Assembly: GCA_965205025.1 (NCBI GenBank)
Contig: CBDBFU010000028.1
Span: 96,001-160,000 of the forward strand
Direction: 5' to 3'
DNA: 64,000 nt
DNA from: Candidatus Poribacteria bacterium
GTDB lineage: Bacteria > Poribacteria > WGA-4E > WGA-3G
The notes under the pieces were generated by a model. The model was not told where the DNA came from, did not search any database, and was given only the letters and a program-made list of their open reading frames with translations. A program made the translations under genes and the position numbers. Positions 1 through 9,764 of the stretch are shown here, piece by piece. The first letter of the stretch is position 1; the number at the start of each line of letters is the position of its first letter.

Positions 1-1
1 G

Positions 2-1240
2 AGTATTCTGGTTAGTGCAACAAGATCAGGAGAAGTGAATCTATGGGATCTAAATTCATCTCTCCTGCTTAGAACATGCGATATGAAGGATTTTGGTAAT
101 GTAGTTATCAACAGTATAGAGTTCTCTCCTGATGGAAACACAGTTGTTGGTGGTGTCTATGGAGAAGCTTTATGTGTTTGGGATGTCTCCACTGGTGAAC
201 TCAAAAAGGAAATTAATCCTATTGACTCTGTAACTGTATTTACACTTTCTCCAGATGGAAAAACTATAGCAATTGCAATGGAAGAGGGTCTCATACAGTT
301 TTGGGATTTAACCACTAAAACACTAAATAAGACTATTCTTGGACATATACCAAGTGCTACATCTGTTGTTTGTTCTCCTAATAACAACATACTGGCATGT
401 GGGAACAGTCTATATATAAACTTCTTTGATTTTGAAACAGGAAAACACATTAATAAAATTAGTGGACCTAATTCTACGCTTAGGTCAGTTGCATATTCAC
501 CTAACGGAAAGATTATGGCAAGTGGTGGTGATTCAAATTATGTGCGTTTATGGGATGTCAAATCAGGAAGATTCCTTGGTTCTTTTAAAGGACATACACG
601 AGATGTAAGCTCTATTGCTTTCTCACCTGATGGAAAGATACTTGCAAGTGCAAGTCAAGATAGAACTATAAGATTATGGGAAATTCGTTATGATGAACTC
701 CTTATAATAGGTGATGAAATGAATAATCTTAAGGGACATACAGATTTTGTCTCTTGTGTTACTTTTTCGCCTAATGGACAGATACTTGCAAGTGGAGGTG
801 AGGACAGTACAGTAAAGCTATGGGAGGTAAGCACTGGTAGACTCATAGATACCCTTGTTGGACATCCGGGTGATGTACGGAGTTTAGTGTTTACCCCAGA
901 TGGACAGAAAATTGTGAGTGGAAGTTGGAGTACTAATTGGGATGGAACAGTTTGTTTGTGGGATAGCAAATCTGGTGAACTTCTTTCCTCACTACGTGGA
1001 GATATACCAAATATAGGTGTTGTCGCAGTTTCTCAAGATGGTTCTATGGTTTTCTATGGGAATGACGATACAATTGTCATTATGAATATGTCTAATGGTG
1101 ACATATTAAATACAATAAAGGGACATACGGATGTTATAAACAGTTTGGCTTTTTCAATAGATGGTCAGAAACTGGCAAGTGGGTGTAATGATGGTACGAT
1201 TCTAATTTGGGACTTATCACATTTTCTACTGAGTAAGTAA
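2..1240 (+). CDS. WD40 repeat beta-propeller protein (5'-truncated by window edge)
   Basis: Frame open from base 2; repeated GH...SPDG...LWD blades; paralog of 18913..20808 (shared RLWDxKxGRFLGSFKGHT...RLWEIR segment). Confidence 0.9.
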   Translation, partial: SILVSATRSGEVNLWDLNSSLLLRTCDMKDFGNVVINSIEFSPDGNTVVGGVYGEALCVWDVSTGELKKEINPIDSVTVFTLSPDGKTIAIAMEEGLIQFWDLTTKTLNKTILGHIPSATSVVCSPNNNILACGNSLYINFFDFETGKHINKISGPNSTLRSVAYSPNGKIMASGGDSNYVRLWDVKSGRFLGSFKGHTRDVSSIAFSPDGKILASASQDRTIRLWEIRYDELLIIGDEMNNLKGHTDFVSCVTFSPNGQILASGGEDSTVKLWEVSTGRLIDTLVGHPGDVRSLVFTPDGQKIVSGSWSTNWDGTVCLWDSKSGELLSSLRGDIPNIGVVAVSQDGSMVFYGNDDTIVIMNMSNGDILNTIKGHTDVINSLAFSIDGQKLASGCNDGTILIWDLSHFLLSK

Positions 1241-1336
1241 GATCGAATTATTGTAGAACTGTTGCTCAGTTTCTCTCGTGGATTGTTAGGCCTATTATTA
1301 AATGAATATAAATGAATTCGAAAAACGGAGATTAAA

Positions 1337-2071
1337 ATGAAGATACTTTACTTCATCACATTCCTGATTGCAATGCTGAATATGATATGTGGTAGTAATG
1401 ATAGAAACAATAATATTAATCAAAATAACAATCAGAATGTTGAAAATAAACCTAAAGAACTTCCTGCAGTTAAAGTACAAAACCCTCCTGTTATAGATGG
1501 AAAATTAACTGATGCTGCATGGAGAGATGCCCCACAAGGAACAGATTTTTTTGATAGAAATGCTGGTAATATCCAGGCGAAGGATCAGACAACCATAATG
1601 ATGGTATACACGGATGAAGCAATCTATGTTGCCTGGTATCTCTTCGATGAGAACCCAGATGAAATCGCTGCAAATGTTGAGCAGGACCAAGTACGTCCAT
1701 TCAATGAAGATTGGATTTCTTTCACTTTTGATCCGCTTCACACGCATCTATTTGATGACAGGATCTTTTTCATGTCCAACCCAAACGGAATCAAATTTGT
1801 AAGTCACCCACCTTTTGGTGTTCCTATGCAGGAAGTCGCTGAACTTTGGGATGTTGGCGCATCAATTGTCGCAGATGGTTGGATTGTTGAAATGGAAATT
1901 CCTTGGACAATGGTGCCTTATCCAAAAACAGATCAACCAATTACAATGGGGATAAATTTCGATAGAGGACATCATAGAACAGGTGCAAACACTTGGTGGT
2001 CAAAGGTCGAATTTAGAGAAGATGGTAGAAACGATGGACACTGGGTAAATGTCCTTCCTCCACAAGAATGA
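1337..2071 (+). CDS. Secreted CBM9/DOMON-like carbohydrate-binding protein
   Basis: GGAG SD; hydrophobic N-terminus then Cys and Asn-rich linker; PVIDGKLTDAAW, YVAW, GWIVEMEIPW motifs typical of CBM9-like domains. Confidence 0.75.
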   Translation: MKILYFITFLIAMLNMICGSNDRNNNINQNNNQNVENKPKELPAVKVQNPPVIDGKLTDAAWRDAPQGTDFFDRNAGNIQAKDQTTIMMVYTDEAIYVAWYLFDENPDEIAANVEQDQVRPFNEDWISFTFDPLHTHLFDDRIFFMSNPNGIKFVSHPPFGVPMQEVAELWDVGASIVADGWIVEMEIPWTMVPYPKTDQPITMGINFDRGHHRTGANTWWSKVEFREDGRNDGHWVNVLPPQE

Positions 2072-2202
2072 TCCTGTCTTCACAATAAAATGTGAGTATA
2101 AAGGCATCTGCAGAAAGAATACATACTCATTACACAATAGTAAGACTGATTGAAACAATGCCTAACAATCAGAAGTTCAAAAAATAATATGGAGCAGTCT
2201 TG

Positions 2203-4029
2203 ATGAAAGGAATTTGTAGGATAACATATACCTCACTTACCATATTAATATTATCCATTTCAACTGCATATACATACAATGGAATAGAAGGTTATATTCC
2301 AGATGGTGCAATACAACGATTTGGAAAAGGATATGTATTCGATTTCGATTATTCTCCTGATGGTTCTCAACTTGCTGTAGCAAGTACGATCGGTATATGG
2401 CTATATGATGTGAAAACAAGAAAAGAGATAAGTTTTCTATCAAGACATACACATTTCGTAAACTCAATAGCCTTTAGTCCAAATGGTAACAATCTTGCCA
2501 GTGGTAGTAGTGGCAATACTATATTAGTTTGGAATGTGGAAGAAGGTGAAGTTATTACTACATTAAAAGGACATACTGATGAGGTATATTCCTTGGCTTT
2601 CACTCCTGATGGGAACATCTTAGTAAGTGGGGGTGAAGATGAGTTAATCAAAATATGGAATCTAAAAGACCGTAAAGCACCAATTACAATCCCGGGACAT
2701 ATTGATGGAGTTACATCTATTGCTATCTCTCCAGATGGGAATCTGTTTGCAAGTTCAGGTAGGTCTGTTCATCGTATTTCATTATGGAATTTGAAGAATG
2801 GGAAATTCATTAGATTTCTCTCAGGACATACAAAAGATATTAACTCAATTGCCTTTTTGTCTGATGGAACTACGCTTCTGAGTGGTAGTGACGATGGAAC
2901 TATTCGTTTTTGGAATACTATAGACGGAAATCAGTTGAAGACTTACGATGGGATCTCAGCAATTTTATCACCTGATGAAAATAGAATCGCAAGTTACACA
3001 AGTGACGGTTTTATAAAAATCTGGGATATTCAATCTGGTAATCTATTAGGTACAACGAAACCTGCCACCGAAAATGTCTATGATATGATGTTCTCACCTG
3101 ATGGACGCACAATTACAGCAAGTACAGGTTTGGAAATACATTTTTGGAATGTTGAAACCGGACACCTCATTGATACTATTAGCGGTTATTCCCAAGGAAT
3201 TGATTCCTTAAAATATACACATAACGGACAAACTCTTGTGACTGTTGATGACTATATTAAAATATGGGATCTTACAAATTCCAAACTACAGAAAAGCCTT
3301 TCCTTTCAAGAATCCGTTTCATCTATTTCGTTGGTACCAGATAACGACACACTTGCAATAGGAGATTATGACAATCTAATTTACCTATGGGATATGAATA
3401 CTGACATGAATAAAATCATTCTTAAAGGACATAAGGCAGGGATTGCATCAGTAGCTTTCAGTCCTGATGGAAAAATACTGGCAAGTTCCAGTTGGGATGA
3501 TTCAATTCGTTTATGGGATTCTATCACTGGTGAACACATTACTACTGTCACAGAAGAAGCGTTTAGTAGTAGAAATATAGAATTCTCAAAGGATGGAAAT
3601 AGTTTGGTATTTGTAAATAGAAATAGTAGTATAATATTTTGGAATTTAGATACTTGGAATATAGAAAAAGAAATAGATTTAGAGGATAATTACCCTTATT
3701 CTATGGCTCTTTCTGACAATGGTAAAACACTTGCTATTGGCTATGACAATGAGGAAGTCCATTTATTGGATGTATTAACGAATGAAATACTAAGAACAAT
3801 ACATACAACAGGACGGACTGATAAACTTGATTTCTCTCCAGATGGAAAAATACTTGCAGGGTGTGGTAGAGAAGTCTATTTATGGGATGTAAAAACAGGA
3901 AAATTAATTGATACACTAACAGGCCATACTAATCAAATCTTTACTATAGCATTTTCACCTGATGGAAAAACACTCGCCAGTGGTGGTTGGGATAGTACAA
4001 TAATCATTTGGGAAATCAAATTTAAATAA
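2203..4029 (+). CDS. Secreted WD40 repeat protein
   Basis: Signal-peptide-like N-terminus, IPDGAIQRFGKG motif, about 14 WD blades; paralog of 16855..18828. Confidence 0.9.
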   Translation: MKGICRITYTSLTILILSISTAYTYNGIEGYIPDGAIQRFGKGYVFDFDYSPDGSQLAVASTIGIWLYDVKTRKEISFLSRHTHFVNSIAFSPNGNNLASGSSGNTILVWNVEEGEVITTLKGHTDEVYSLAFTPDGNILVSGGEDELIKIWNLKDRKAPITIPGHIDGVTSIAISPDGNLFASSGRSVHRISLWNLKNGKFIRFLSGHTKDINSIAFLSDGTTLLSGSDDGTIRFWNTIDGNQLKTYDGISAILSPDENRIASYTSDGFIKIWDIQSGNLLGTTKPATENVYDMMFSPDGRTITASTGLEIHFWNVETGHLIDTISGYSQGIDSLKYTHNGQTLVTVDDYIKIWDLTNSKLQKSLSFQESVSSISLVPDNDTLAIGDYDNLIYLWDMNTDMNKIILKGHKAGIASVAFSPDGKILASSSWDDSIRLWDSITGEHITTVTEEAFSSRNIEFSKDGNSLVFVNRNSSIIFWNLDTWNIEKEIDLEDNYPYSMALSDNGKTLAIGYDNEEVHLLDVLTNEILRTIHTTGRTDKLDFSPDGKILAGCGREVYLWDVKTGKLIDTLTGHTNQIFTIAFSPDGKTLASGGWDSTIIIWEIKFK

Positions 4030-4071
4030 CACCTATATTCTAACGAAATAGCATAGGTAAGAAAACAACTT

Positions 4072-6156
4072 ATGGAAAACGTAAAAGATAAATCACTTCA
4101 GCAAAACAGTAAAGACATCCCTGGTACAACTGTGCTCTTTGAATTGGAATATGAAAACGAGAACTATAGGGCAAAAGCAAGAGGAAGCGGCTTTTTCATC
4201 GAATCTGACAAAATTGTGACGAATGTGCATGTTCTGGCAGGTGCTACAAAAATAACCACAAGACGCGTTGACACAGAACTATTTTACACCATTGAAGGGA
4301 TTGTAGCCTTTGACGATAAAAACGACCTTGCTATCCTTAAAATTGCAGAAGAAGATAAACCATTTATTATTGGTGACAGCAACACAGTTCGGAAAAGGGA
4401 CAAAGTATATGTGATTGGTTATCCAAACGGAAAAGAAACTTGTGTTGAGAGAACTGTTCACAGCATCCGAAATATTGGCAAACGTATCATATTTGACAAC
4501 AAACTTTCCGAAGGGAATAGTGGAGGTCCTGCACTAAACAATGATGGTGAAGTCATAGGGGTGGCAGAATCTGTAAGAATATCAATTGATAACAGCGGAC
4601 CGACTAAAGGTACAGCTATTTCCTCTAATGTACTTAAACTGCTACTGGACGAGGTAAGACAAGTGGAATCTATTGATGTGTGGCAAAAACGACCACATAT
4701 TCAAGCTTATACAATTGCTGATATGGGAAATGAAAAACGGGAAGAAGGTAAATATAAGGAAGCAATAGAACACTATAATACAGCCCTCAACCTCAACCCA
4801 CATTTAGGTGAAATATACCAGAATCGAGCAGTAGTTAAGATGACGTTAGGGAGATATAATGAAGCATTCGCTGATAGACGAACAAGTATCAGACTTAATC
4901 CTGAACAATTTAGTCTTACTGGCTATGGGGCATTTCTACAGCAGAAATGGGAGATACTTAAAGCCTATGGTTTTAGTCTTTTCCTGAGTATGTTATGTGG
5001 CGTATTTGGCAGGGTTAAATGGATAAACATCCAGGCTGTTTCAAAAGCTGCAACTGCTCAAATAAAAGTTGAACAAGGAAATATAAATGAAGCTCGAAAT
5101 CTCTACCAAATGGCGATTGAGGACAGTACTGAGGCAATCAAACTGAAACCGAAGTGGAGCAAAGCCTATAATTCACGAGGTTGGATAAAGTATCTTTTTG
5201 GAGAATTTGAAATTGAACATGGGAACTCATCCAAGGCACAAAAATTATTCAAAGATGCAGTAGTCGACGCTGATGAGGCACTTCAATTAGAATTAATAAA
5301 AGAAAAATTACGGTCTGCTTACTATCATACGCGGGGTGCTGCAAGAGATAGTCTTGGTGAGTATAGCGAAGCAATAGAAGATTTCAAAGAATCTATACGC
5401 TTAAATCCAAAGAAGGCTTTATTATACCGAGATCGGGGTTTAGCCAAAAACGCTCTCAAGCAATACGAAGATGCTCTCAAGGATTTTCAGAAAGCTATCC
5501 AATTGAGATCAAAAGAAGCTATTAACTACTATCATAGAGGTGTTACGCTAAATAGAATCGGACACTATAAAGAGGCTATTGAAGACTTAAATACTGCAAT
5601 TCAACTTGATCAAACGAATGCTAATTCCTACTATCAACGCGGTTTTGCCAAAGAAATGCTTGGGCAACAGGATAAAGCAAAAACTGACTATAAAGAAGTA
5701 TTAAAAATAAATCCAAATGAACCGAGTAAATCTCATAAATTGGGTATAGCCAAATGTAAAATACGCCAATACGAACAGGCGATTGACTATTTAAATAAAT
5801 CAATAAAGCTTGATCCGAAATTTTACAAGGGATATCTATGTCGAGGATGTATGAAACAGACCCTCGGACAAGACCAAGACGCGATAAAAGATTTTGATAT
5901 AGTACTCAGTCATAATCCAAAGAATGCAACCGCTTACAGAAATCGCGGAGTGGCAAAACGTAAACTCGGGGCGTATGAGGACGCCCTTGAGGATTTGAAT
6001 GAAGCTATCTGTCTTAAACCTGATGACGGTAAGGCTTACAACGCGCGGGGAAATACCTATAAAGCATTACAACTACATTCCGAAGCGGAAACTGACTTTG
6101 CAAAGGCAAAAGAACTTAAAGTTAAAGGAGAGATCTGTTTTTCATACAAAGTATAA
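4072..6156 (+). CDS. Trypsin-like serine protease with C-terminal TPR array
   Basis: Catalytic triad motifs TNVHVL, NDLAILKI, GNSGGP followed by many TPR repeats (AYxNRG..A...LNP). Confidence 0.9.
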   Translation: MENVKDKSLQQNSKDIPGTTVLFELEYENENYRAKARGSGFFIESDKIVTNVHVLAGATKITTRRVDTELFYTIEGIVAFDDKNDLAILKIAEEDKPFIIGDSNTVRKRDKVYVIGYPNGKETCVERTVHSIRNIGKRIIFDNKLSEGNSGGPALNNDGEVIGVAESVRISIDNSGPTKGTAISSNVLKLLLDEVRQVESIDVWQKRPHIQAYTIADMGNEKREEGKYKEAIEHYNTALNLNPHLGEIYQNRAVVKMTLGRYNEAFADRRTSIRLNPEQFSLTGYGAFLQQKWEILKAYGFSLFLSMLCGVFGRVKWINIQAVSKAATAQIKVEQGNINEARNLYQMAIEDSTEAIKLKPKWSKAYNSRGWIKYLFGEFEIEHGNSSKAQKLFKDAVVDADEALQLELIKEKLRSAYYHTRGAARDSLGEYSEAIEDFKESIRLNPKKALLYRDRGLAKNALKQYEDALKDFQKAIQLRSKEAINYYHRGVTLNRIGHYKEAIEDLNTAIQLDQTNANSYYQRGFAKEMLGQQDKAKTDYKEVLKINPNEPSKSHKLGIAKCKIRQYEQAIDYLNKSIKLDPKFYKGYLCRGCMKQTLGQDQDAIKDFDIVLSHNPKNATAYRNRGVAKRKLGAYEDALEDLNEAICLKPDDGKAYNARGNTYKALQLHSEAETDFAKAKELKVKGEICFSYKV

Positions 6157-6226
6157 CCCACCGAAAACAGAACGAAAGCTGAATAATCTACCTAAGAAAT
6201 TCTCTGAATCAACGGTATGAATGACA

Positions 6227-6567
6227 TATGAAGATTAATTTTTAAATTCGGTAATTTTGAAAAATATCCAGTGCGGTTGGGAAACCGCACTATAGGCGTC
6301 AATTTAAGGAGAAGTACGCTATAAATTTCAAGTCGGTAGGTTCGGTTTCCCGGGGAACGCCTAAAGGTGTTCATACCGTTGATTCACCGAACCGGGTTTG
6401 TTCCAATTGCGTTCATAAAGTTTTTCGCTAAGGATCCAGTGCGATTAGGAAATCGCACCTACCGGCCTGGGAAAACCACTAAATTGACGCCTATGGTGCG
6501 GTTGGGAAACCGCACCTACCGGGTTTGGGAAAATTAGAATTACCGATATATTTTCTTAAAATTCATA
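6227..6567. mobile_element. Composite nested MITE/REP-like element
   Basis: Imperfect outer TIR TATGAAGATTAA..TTCGGTAATT / AATTACCGA..TTAAAATTCATA; inner TIR TAGGCGTCAATTTA / TAAATTGACGCCTA (about 6290-6495); three GTGCG(G/A)TT(G/A)GGAAA(C/T)CGCAC hairpins. Confidence 0.7.
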
Positions 6568-6646
6568 AGTCATTCCCCGCCTACCGGTGCTATAAGAATA
6601 TTTATTTTGGAAGAATGAAGATAAAATACCTATTATCAAACTCCCG

Positions 6647-6806
6647 TTAGATGTATGGATAATGTAAATGAAAAAAATGTTAATATTTATTGTTCTGAGA
6701 TGATTGTACTTTCACGGAAACCTTCACGGAGCAATTTTACGAACCCTTATTCTATAAGGGTTTATAATTTTAATGATACCAATTCTTCGTGAATCACGAA
6801 TGTTAA
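6647..6806. repeat. Dispersed ~160 bp repeat, copy A (inverted relative to 37344..37505)
   Basis: CTTTCACGGAAACCTTCACGGAGCAATTTTACGAA-CCTTATTCTATAAGGGTTTATAATT matches the reverse complement of the 37.4 kb copy. Confidence 0.8.
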
Positions 6807-6991
6807 TATATTATTAACTAAGTATAAACTAAATGTATCTTTGGTTTTCCTCTGGTACCATTTCTATGAAGGTAAACAGACCATCGACAGAAATACACAG
6901 AACCCAAAATCCCTTCCTACCCGCACAGATTTTTAAACCTTTTTCCCCTATATCATACTCTATATATTAAAACCAACTCAGGATTCTAATC

Positions 6992-9745
6992 ATGCGGAAA
7001 AATATTGTTGCTATGAGTAAACTCACAGATGAAGAATTGATTCGACACGTCCAGAATAGAGATCAGGATGCATTTTCTGAACTCATTACACGATGGACAC
7101 CACGGATAAAGGGTGTAGTCAGATCGAATTCCAGACAAAGACTCGACGCAGAAGAAATACACACCGACATCTGGATCGCTGTATGGCAAAATATAATTCA
7201 TCTTAGAAATATAGAGAGTTTCGGGGCATGGCTACATCGTATCGCCCATAACGCATGTAAACGATATTACACATTAACAAGACAATCTCGAAATGAAATC
7301 CCACATGAACATTCTGTGATTGTTGAACAGATGGAACAACAGGCTGCAGCACGATATAGAGAGAGACAACTGATGACAGATATAAAAGAAGCGGTACATC
7401 ATCTACCACAAAAGGTACGTTCAGTTGCTGAATTGTACTACTTAGAATCGTGGCACATCAAAGAAATTGCTGTCGAGTGTAATTTACCTATTGGAACTGT
7501 TAAGACCAAATTAAAGGAAATCCGAACACTTCTACGAAAGGAATTTGATGCGGAAGTCATAAAAGGAGCACCTATGACATCAAAAATAGAGCAACCGAAA
7601 AACACACCTACAAAGACTCACACAGGTAAAACGTCAAAAAACAGAATACCTGCGATTTTTAATGTTAATCCGAATGATCCGACTGGTGAAAGTTGGGGAG
7701 CACCTGAAGGGTTGTTTGCACGGTTCGGCAAAGGGGAGTCTAAAAGTGTTAAACTTTCTCCCGATGGGTCATATTTTGCAATGTCGACTGTATTCGGTCT
7801 GTGGTGGTATGATGTCTCTACAATGAAACCGATCTCTCTATGGGATCACATTGGAAGATTTGCCGTTAATATCGACTTTTCTCCAGATGGCAAGTGGGTT
7901 ATCCTAAGTACTGTAGCTCCATCTGTCAAGGTTTTGGAGGTCGAAACGGGTGAAACCGTGTTTGAAATAGATGTTCAGAAATCGTATGCTCGTTTCGCTT
8001 GTTCGTCAAATGGGAAATGGCTGGCGGTTGCTGATCAGGAAGGACCTATCAGGGTGTTAGATGTCCATACGGGGGAACAGATCGCTCAGATGGATTGTGG
8101 AGAACACAAGTGGAAAACGAATGACATTAAGCAACTTACTTTCACACCGGATGGAACGATGCTTGCTGCAATAGTTGTGCATCACAAGAAATACTCAGAA
8201 GACAATGAAGTTTTGAAACCAGATGACGAAGATACTCAAATCTATGTTTGGGATCCGGAAACAGGCAAGCCAATTGTGAAGTTTTCAGGAAAAACGTTTG
8301 AGATTTCACAGGACAGTCGTCTCATAGCGGGTGCATCAACTGATGGCACCTTGATCGATGATGAATTACTTTATAGCGATGTAGTTGTGTGGGATATCGC
8401 CACCAGTGAACGAATTACCTACTTCACGGAACATAGTAATTGGATAAACTCAATCGCTTTTTCACCTTGCGGAAAATACATCGCATCAGTTGACGAAATT
8501 TTACTGGTTTGGGAGATCGCTACAGGTACAGTACAGAAGCTAATTCCCAATGTGGAGGATCCATTCTATTCAAACACCGGACAACTATTCGCTATAGAAT
8601 ACCCCAATAAAACAGACGAAGCACCAGGATTTACCAACTATACTTTGGATGTGTGGAATGTTGAGACAAACGAAAAAACACTTGAGGTCTGTTCGGGTGT
8701 TGGGGGTTATTGGTTTGCCTACGACATAGCGAAAGCATACACAAACCAATTGATTGCGTTGCCTGCTGATGAAAGCATTACCAATAAAAAAGTTAAAGAC
8801 AAAGCTACAACTAATACTCCTATTTTAAATGTGGTGCATGAGCTCGATTTCTATGACCCTGGACCTGAGATTGACTGGATTGATGACCATACCCTTGTAG
8901 CACTTTCTTATGATGGATTAGAATTCTTTGATATTGATAAGGTCCGTCATAAAAACACACACTATTTTTATGATTTTGTTAGCGGTTTTGTTGTAATGCC
9001 TTCAGGTGAGATCCGGGTTATACTTTGTCATCATGAGGAGCGTTATAAAACGTGGCGTGTTCGGACACACGATAAACTTATCACAAAAATCCCTTTGCCA
9101 GATGAAATCTATGATAGGAATTGTGGTCCCGAATTTTCACCGATGGGGGATCGGATTGCGGTTGGATGTGAGATGGGGAATATCTATGTATGGAATATTG
9201 CCGATCCTGAAAATCCGTTAGTGCTGAAGGGACATAAAGCTGATAGTGGTGTATCAACGTTTTCTCCAGATGGACAAAGGCTGATAAGTTATGCTCGGGA
9301 TGAGTCTCGGCGTGTGTGGGATTTAGAGTCTTGTCAGGAAATCAATAGGTTGGAAATAGACAATGCTATTGATCCTGTTGGGCTTGTCTACTCTCCGTGT
9401 GGTAAATTCATTGCTGCTGAGTTGAGTACTGAGATCCGCATTTGGGATGCAGAAAAGCTGACATCGTTGCGTTCTATCCCGCAACCGAAACCGCATTACT
9501 GGCGTACAACTCCGCTTGTGTTCTCTCCTTGTAGTCAATTCATTGCTGGTACGACGTGGTGGGAGGAAGGTTATGAAAATTTGGCTGTCCGTGTCTGGGA
9601 TGTAGAGACGTGTGAACAGGTCGCAGATTTACGTGGACATGGTGATTTGTTGGTGAGTCTTGCCTTTTCTCCGAACGGCAAACTGTTGTCTGCTGGCTGT
9701 ATAGATAAAACAATTGTGTTGTGGGACTTAAAACCGTATCTATAG
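6992..9745 (+). CDS. ECF sigma-70 factor fused to WD40 propellers (no TM helix)
   Basis: Region 2 (DAEEIHTDIW..FGAWLHRIA) and region 4 (LPQKVRSV..KEIA..LPIGTVKTKL) followed by WD blades; ends WDLKPYL. Confidence 0.9.
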   Translation: MRKNIVAMSKLTDEELIRHVQNRDQDAFSELITRWTPRIKGVVRSNSRQRLDAEEIHTDIWIAVWQNIIHLRNIESFGAWLHRIAHNACKRYYTLTRQSRNEIPHEHSVIVEQMEQQAAARYRERQLMTDIKEAVHHLPQKVRSVAELYYLESWHIKEIAVECNLPIGTVKTKLKEIRTLLRKEFDAEVIKGAPMTSKIEQPKNTPTKTHTGKTSKNRIPAIFNVNPNDPTGESWGAPEGLFARFGKGESKSVKLSPDGSYFAMSTVFGLWWYDVSTMKPISLWDHIGRFAVNIDFSPDGKWVILSTVAPSVKVLEVETGETVFEIDVQKSYARFACSSNGKWLAVADQEGPIRVLDVHTGEQIAQMDCGEHKWKTNDIKQLTFTPDGTMLAAIVVHHKKYSEDNEVLKPDDEDTQIYVWDPETGKPIVKFSGKTFEISQDSRLIAGASTDGTLIDDELLYSDVVVWDIATSERITYFTEHSNWINSIAFSPCGKYIASVDEILLVWEIATGTVQKLIPNVEDPFYSNTGQLFAIEYPNKTDEAPGFTNYTLDVWNVETNEKTLEVCSGVGGYWFAYDIAKAYTNQLIALPADESITNKKVKDKATTNTPILNVVHELDFYDPGPEIDWIDDHTLVALSYDGLEFFDIDKVRHKNTHYFYDFVSGFVVMPSGEIRVILCHHEERYKTWRVRTHDKLITKIPLPDEIYDRNCGPEFSPMGDRIAVGCEMGNIYVWNIADPENPLVLKGHKADSGVSTFSPDGQRLISYARDESRRVWDLESCQEINRLEIDNAIDPVGLVYSPCGKFIAAELSTEIRIWDAEKLTSLRSIPQPKPHYWRTTPLVFSPCSQFIAGTTWWEEGYENLAVRVWDVETCEQVADLRGHGDLLVSLAFSPNGKLLSAGCIDKTIVLWDLKPYL

Positions 9746-9764
9746 AAAATAAGGAGGAAACATA

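Noticed and set aside
6270-6525. Repeated GTGCGGTTGGGAAACCGCAC units as a CRISPR array
   Set aside because: Only three degenerate copies plus an interrupted inverted one, irregular spacing, GTAG-type REP structure, no cas genes.
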